From contig JAGIQG010000014.1 in the NCBI GenBank assembly GCA_024679065.1, positions 72,912,001-72,976,000 of the forward strand: 64,000 nt of DNA. Direction: 5' to 3'. The translations under genes were made by a program, and so were the position numbers. The stretch is from Sphyrna mokarran (taxonomy: Eukaryota). Below are positions 59,741-64,000 of this stretch, piece by piece. Under the pieces are notes generated by a model, which was given only the letters and a program-made list of their open reading frames with translations, was not told the DNA's origin and ran no database searches. Numbering within the stretch: position 1 is the stretch's first letter; each line of letters opens with the position of its first letter.

Positions 59741-61006
59741 AAATTCTCCATCCACATGGAGTGTCATCTACTCAAGAGGAATTGGACTCAGGTGGAAAAC
59801 GTTGCTGAAAAACCATACCATCAGCATGCCACTTCTCCCCCATCCTGGGTCAGATGTACACACGTGAAATATGGCCACACTACACGAGGTGTTCGCCACC
59901 CATGGAAAGGCGGCCCCACACAAAGGCAGCGCTTTCAGACACTGAAAGAGGAACTTGCTTCCTTTCCAAGTTTCACATCCATGTCCCAGAGCCACAAAGG
60001 GTTTTATTTATTTTCCCTTGCAGAATGTTGCTCACTGCTGTGCTGTGAGTGAAGGTGGCCCTGATTACAACAGCAACAACTTGGCACTTACATGGCCCCC
60101 TTTGGTGCCCTGAGGCACTCCACAGCAGCAACACAAAACAAACGCTACTGAGTCTCACACATGGAGGTTATTAGGTCAGACCAGCTTGGTCAAAGAGTTA
60201 GGTTCTAAGCTCAATGAGTTAGATTCTAAGCAAGCTCGTCAACATTAGACATGGTCTCCAGTGCTGGAACAACTAGAGAGAAGCCAGAATTAGAGGAGAG
60301 CAGGGGATGGGAGGAAATTGTAGAGATAGAGAGAGGTAAGACTATGGAGGGATTTTCCACATAGGAACAGATGGAATCAGAGCCACTCTGCCCCTCGAGC
60401 CTGTTCTATCCCACAATAAAGCCATGGTTCATCAGTTTACATTTCAAATTCCGCATTCCCATCCAACACCGGATAACATTTCATTCCCTAACAAGAATCT
60501 ATCACCCTCCACCTTAAATATTTCCAGTGATCCCGCCCTCCACTGCCTTCTGAGGCAGAGAGCTCCAAATTGCACAACCGTCTGAGAGAAAACAAAAAAT
60601 GATTTTCTCCGTCCGAAGCAAGGAAGAGAATTTTAAAATCAGGGGATTGCCTCACTGGGAGCCACTGTAGGTGACCGAGCTTGGGAGAGGAGGAGGGGGA
60701 GGGTGATAGGGGAAAGGGATTTGGTGTTCAGACAGAGGCAGCAGAAACTTGGCCTCAGGTTTGTGGGAGGCAGAATGTGGGAGACCTGTCTAGGGATAAT
60801 CATGGCGTGGCTGAAGGTCGACAGCAGATGGGATGAGGCTGGAGTAAAGTTGAGCGATATTCTGGGTGTTGGTCAGCTAAGGTGCAGACGTGATTTGGGA
60901 ATGAAGGGGTATAGAAAACTGATTTAAAATAGGGATCATGAGCCTTGGGAGTCCCTGGGAAGTGTGTAAATAGATGATGATATTGATGTACTTGTTTTTA
61001 TCCTAC

Positions 61007-61470
61007 AGGCGCTTTGGTCCACCTTGTTGTCTAACGAGGGGCATACACGCGATGGGTCGTGAGAGGGCTGCACTTGGATTTTTTTCGAGAGTATCCTAGT
61101 GCTTCACGTCGTTAGTGTACGCTTGACCTGGACCATTTGATGGGCAACACAACAGCGCAGTGACTATCGCTGTGCTTTGCAGGTACATGGATTTGGGCCT
61201 GTGTCTGTGGGAGTTTGCACATTCTCCCCGTGCTTGCGTGGGTTTTCTCTGGGTGCTTGAGTTTTCTCCCACATCCCAAAGATGTGCTCCTAGGCTAATT
61301 GGCAAAACAAATTCTCCCTAAATTGTCTCAAATTTGGTTTTTAATCCATAGACCTATAAACATAGACAGGGATCACGGGTAGTGGTGGGAACATCAGGGT
61401 GGCGGCGCGAGCTTGTTGGGCCAAAGGGCCTGTTTCCCGTGCTGTTTTGTTCTTTGATCTTTGTTCTATG
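61007..61470 (+). mobile_element. V-domain SINE variant with non-tRNA head (other copies 57518-57858 +, 47556-47810 -)
   Basis: Shared gaccatttgatgggcaacac...V-domain...ttggtttttaatccataga...gggccaaagggcctgtttccc. Confidence 0.75.
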
Positions 61471-61539
61471 TGGTCAGAATCTCATCTCAGGATCACATAT
61501 GACACCAATATTGCAGACAGTTTGGTGTGGACTTAATGG

Positions 61540-62235
61540 GTGGCACAGTGGTTAGCACTGTTACTTCACAGCTCCAGGGACCTGGGTTCGATTCCCAGCT
61601 TGGGTCACTGTCTGTGTGGAGTTTACACATTCTCCTTGTGTCTGCCTGGGTTTCCTCCGGGTGCTCCAGTTTCCTCCCGCAGTCCAAAGAAGTACAGGTT
61701 GGGTTCATTGGCCATGCTTAAATTGCACCTTAGTATCCTGAGGTGTGTAGGTTAGAGGGATTAGTGGGTAAAATGTGGAGGGATATGGGTGTAGGGCCTG
61801 GCTGGGCTTGTGGTCAGTGCAGACTCAATGGGCCAAATAACCTCTCTCTGTACTGTAGGGTTTCTATGATTCTACAACTTACATGGTTGCCAGGGAGAAA
61901 CTGGAATGGCACAACGGTTAGCACTGCTGTCTCACAGAGCCAGGGTCCCAGGTTCAATTCTGCCCTCCGATCACTGTCTGTGTGGAGCTTGCACATTCTC
62001 CTCGTGTCTACGTGGGTTTCCTCTGGATGCTCCAGTTTCCTCCCACAGTCCAAAGATGTGCAGGTTAGGTAGATTGGCCATGCTAAATTGGCCCTTAATG
62101 TTCCAAGATGTGTGAGTTAAGGGGATTAGCCACGGTAAATGTGTGGGGATGGGGCAGTGGAGGTGACCTGGGTAAAATAGAGAGTCGGTGCAGACTTGAT
62201 GGGCCGAATGGCCTCTTCTGGGCTGTCAGGGTTTT
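61540..62235 (+). mobile_element. Two tandem V-SINE (HE1-like) copies
   Basis: Two successive head/V-domain/tail units. Confidence 0.88.
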
Positions 62236-62436
62236 GATGGTTTTATGAAGGTGGAGTTGGGAGCAGGGACTGAAAACATTGCCTTCGATCTTCCCGGTAT
62301 TTGATTGGAGGAAATGTCTGTTCGTCTGCCTATTGGATAAGCAATGTGACGAATTAGAGGCCTCGGTGGGATCAAGAGTTCTGAGAAAGAGTTGGGTATC
62401 TTCTGCTTTTGTGTGGAATGTTGGTTTAAGTTTCCA

Positions 62437-62513
62437 TCACCTGATTCTGCAAAACACAACTTCCAGGAGAGATCTCTACCCGGCAACTAATGAGTCACAA
62501 AATAACCAATCAG
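62437..62513 (+). promoter_or_regulatory. S-X1-X2-Y like module 3
   Basis: TCACCTG...AAAACA-CAACTTC-15nt-CCCGGCAAC-TAA-TGAGTCA-8nt-CCAATCAG. Confidence 0.68.
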
Positions 62514-63418
62514 TGTTGAGCATTTGGACCTTGAGTGCCCAAGATTTGGTGCTGGTGCCACCTGCCTGTAACTGCTGGAGCTGCAGCCAGAGCCAAACAA
62601 CAACAACTTGCATCTGGATTGCACCTTTAGCACCACATAGCCCAATCTACTGCACAAGAATGTAATGAAACAAAATAGGACAGCATTAGAAAGGTGTGCA
62701 AAGAGGTTTTAAGGAGCAGCCTAAGGATAGAGAGATAAAAGGCAGAATTTTCCCATCTCACCCATCGTGGGAATCGTAGCATGGATTATGCTAAGTCATG
62801 GACCATTGACCTCGGGTATGATTCTCCAGTCTTGGGACGAATGCAGCCGGAAAAATCCCATGCAGAAAGTTGCAGAGATTTAGGAATTTCGGAGTTTTGC
62901 ATCCAGGCAACTTGAAGACTTGGCCGTCAGCAATGCAGCAATTAGAATGGAGGATGGTCATTAAGCTAGGGTTGGAAGAACCAAATGTCTCAGATGTTTG
63001 TGGGGCTGAAGGAGACTAGAGAGAAGCCATGGAGTGATTCTGGAATTAAGAGTCTACTGATAACCATGAAACTACTGAATATTGTCATAAAAACCCACCT
63101 GTCCTGCAGGGAAGGAAATCTGCCATCCTTACCTGGTCTGGCCTACGTATAACTACAGAGCCACAGCAATGTGATTGACTCTGAAATGGAGGGCAATTAG
63201 TGTGAGGGCGTCGCTGGCAAATGAAGGAGATTTTTTTACTATCTGTAGAGAAGTTTTTGTTTGAATTGCCACGTGGGAAAAGGTGAGAGATGCTGGAGGG
63301 TGGGTGAGATGTGCCTATGGATTAGTAGCTCTTAGAGAGCTGGCTTGGACACAGTGGACCGAATGGCCTCCTTCTTGTGGTGGAACCATGCAATGATTCA
63401 ATGTTGACTTAGTTTCTG

Positions 63419-63494
63419 TCACCTGGTTCTACAAAACACAACCTCAAGCACAGACCTCTACCCGGCAACTAGTGAGTCACACAATAGCCAATCA
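63419..63494 (+). promoter_or_regulatory. S-X1-X2-Y like module 4
   Basis: TCACCTG...AAAACA-CAACCTC-15nt-CCCGGCAAC-TAG-TGAGTCA-8nt-CCAATCA. Confidence 0.68.
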
Positions 63495-63734
63495 CTGGGA
63501 ATGCCAAGAATTTGATGTTGGTGCCATCTGCCTGCAGCTGAGAGCATTGCAGCTGCAGCCAAACAACAACAACAACTTGACAGTCTTTAAACACACCAAC
63601 ACTTCCCAGTCCACTTCCCAGGAACATGAATATGGCAGTCATGAGGAAATATTAGGACAGGCGACCAAAAGCTTGTTCAAAGATGAAGGTTTTAAACAGC
63701 ATCTTAAAGGAGGAGAGAAAGAACAGCCTCAAAT

Positions 63735-64000
63735 TAAGGGGGAGTCAATTTTGAACATAGTTGAGGAGGAACTTCTTCTCCCAGAGGGTTGTGAATCTTT
63801 GGAATTCTCTGCTCATTGAAGCGGTGGAACGTTAAATGTGTTTAATTCACAGATAGATAGATTTTTGACCAATAAGGAAATTAAGGGTTATGGGGAGTAT
63901 GCGGGTAAGTGGAACTGAACCATTATCAGATCAGCTATGATCTTATTGGATGGTGGGGCAGGCTGGAAGGGCTAGATGGCCTACTCCTGCTCCTATTTCT
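63735..64000 (+). mobile_element. CR1 LINE 3' fragment (runs to window end)
   Basis: gaggaacttcttc...gtgaatctttggaattct...cctactcctgctcct. Confidence 0.85.

Noticed and set aside
59973-60158. ORF with signal-peptide-like start and CxC (chemokine-like)
   Set aside because: GTG start, overlaps SINE-tail/LINE remnants, and lacks chemokine exon structure.
39000-64000. RPS14, the mammalian upstream neighbour of CD74
   Set aside because: No RPS14-like exons recognised on either strand.

Overview
Repeat-rich vertebrate genomic DNA, almost certainly from a shark (V-SINE/HE1-like SINEs, CR1 and Rex1/Babar LINE tails, DeuSINE-type and Penelope remnants). The one well-supported gene is CD74 (MHC class II invariant chain) on the minus strand. 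I assembled it by hand as 10 phase-compatible GT-AG coding exons from ATG 38815 to stop 12422 (1002 nt, 333 aa): MSADEQQNALLNNSQQDIASHSSVEARTTVTGQSSSKCSRSLLWGGVTVLAAMLIAGQVVSVMFLLKQQDRITDLQKTTDRIENKYSSSRNPVKPKQIMHLRPMMMDMPISYIDPDKESPKAPKPTPAKPLTLPEQVQELLKKENASKTIPEFNSSFSANIKLLRESMTESEWQDFETWLQNWLLFQLIQEKKPEPTTSPPKPQPQPRHGGRMIYSSIAMKPMMVDLPVENKPKEAKSPNVIPALKVVKAETECERRRKEVKLMPGTFRPKCDEKGNYEVKQCWSSTGYCWCTYPNGTEIPGTATRHQLDCKLMLLMPPPRLFNLPLMEIAAH*. Two observations stand out. (1) An extra 108-nt cassette exon with no human counterpart encodes a second CLIP-like motif (IAMKPMMVDLP vs MHLRPMMMDMP), and a decayed partial copy of it sits next to a CR1 junction. (2) Four dispersed modules 14-25 kb upstream share a rigid S-15bp-X1-X2-8bp-CCAAT layout and look like an RFX/CIITA-type enhancer cluster. 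Most ORFs in the supplied track are repeat-derived. Repeat boundaries are approximate and were read by eye.
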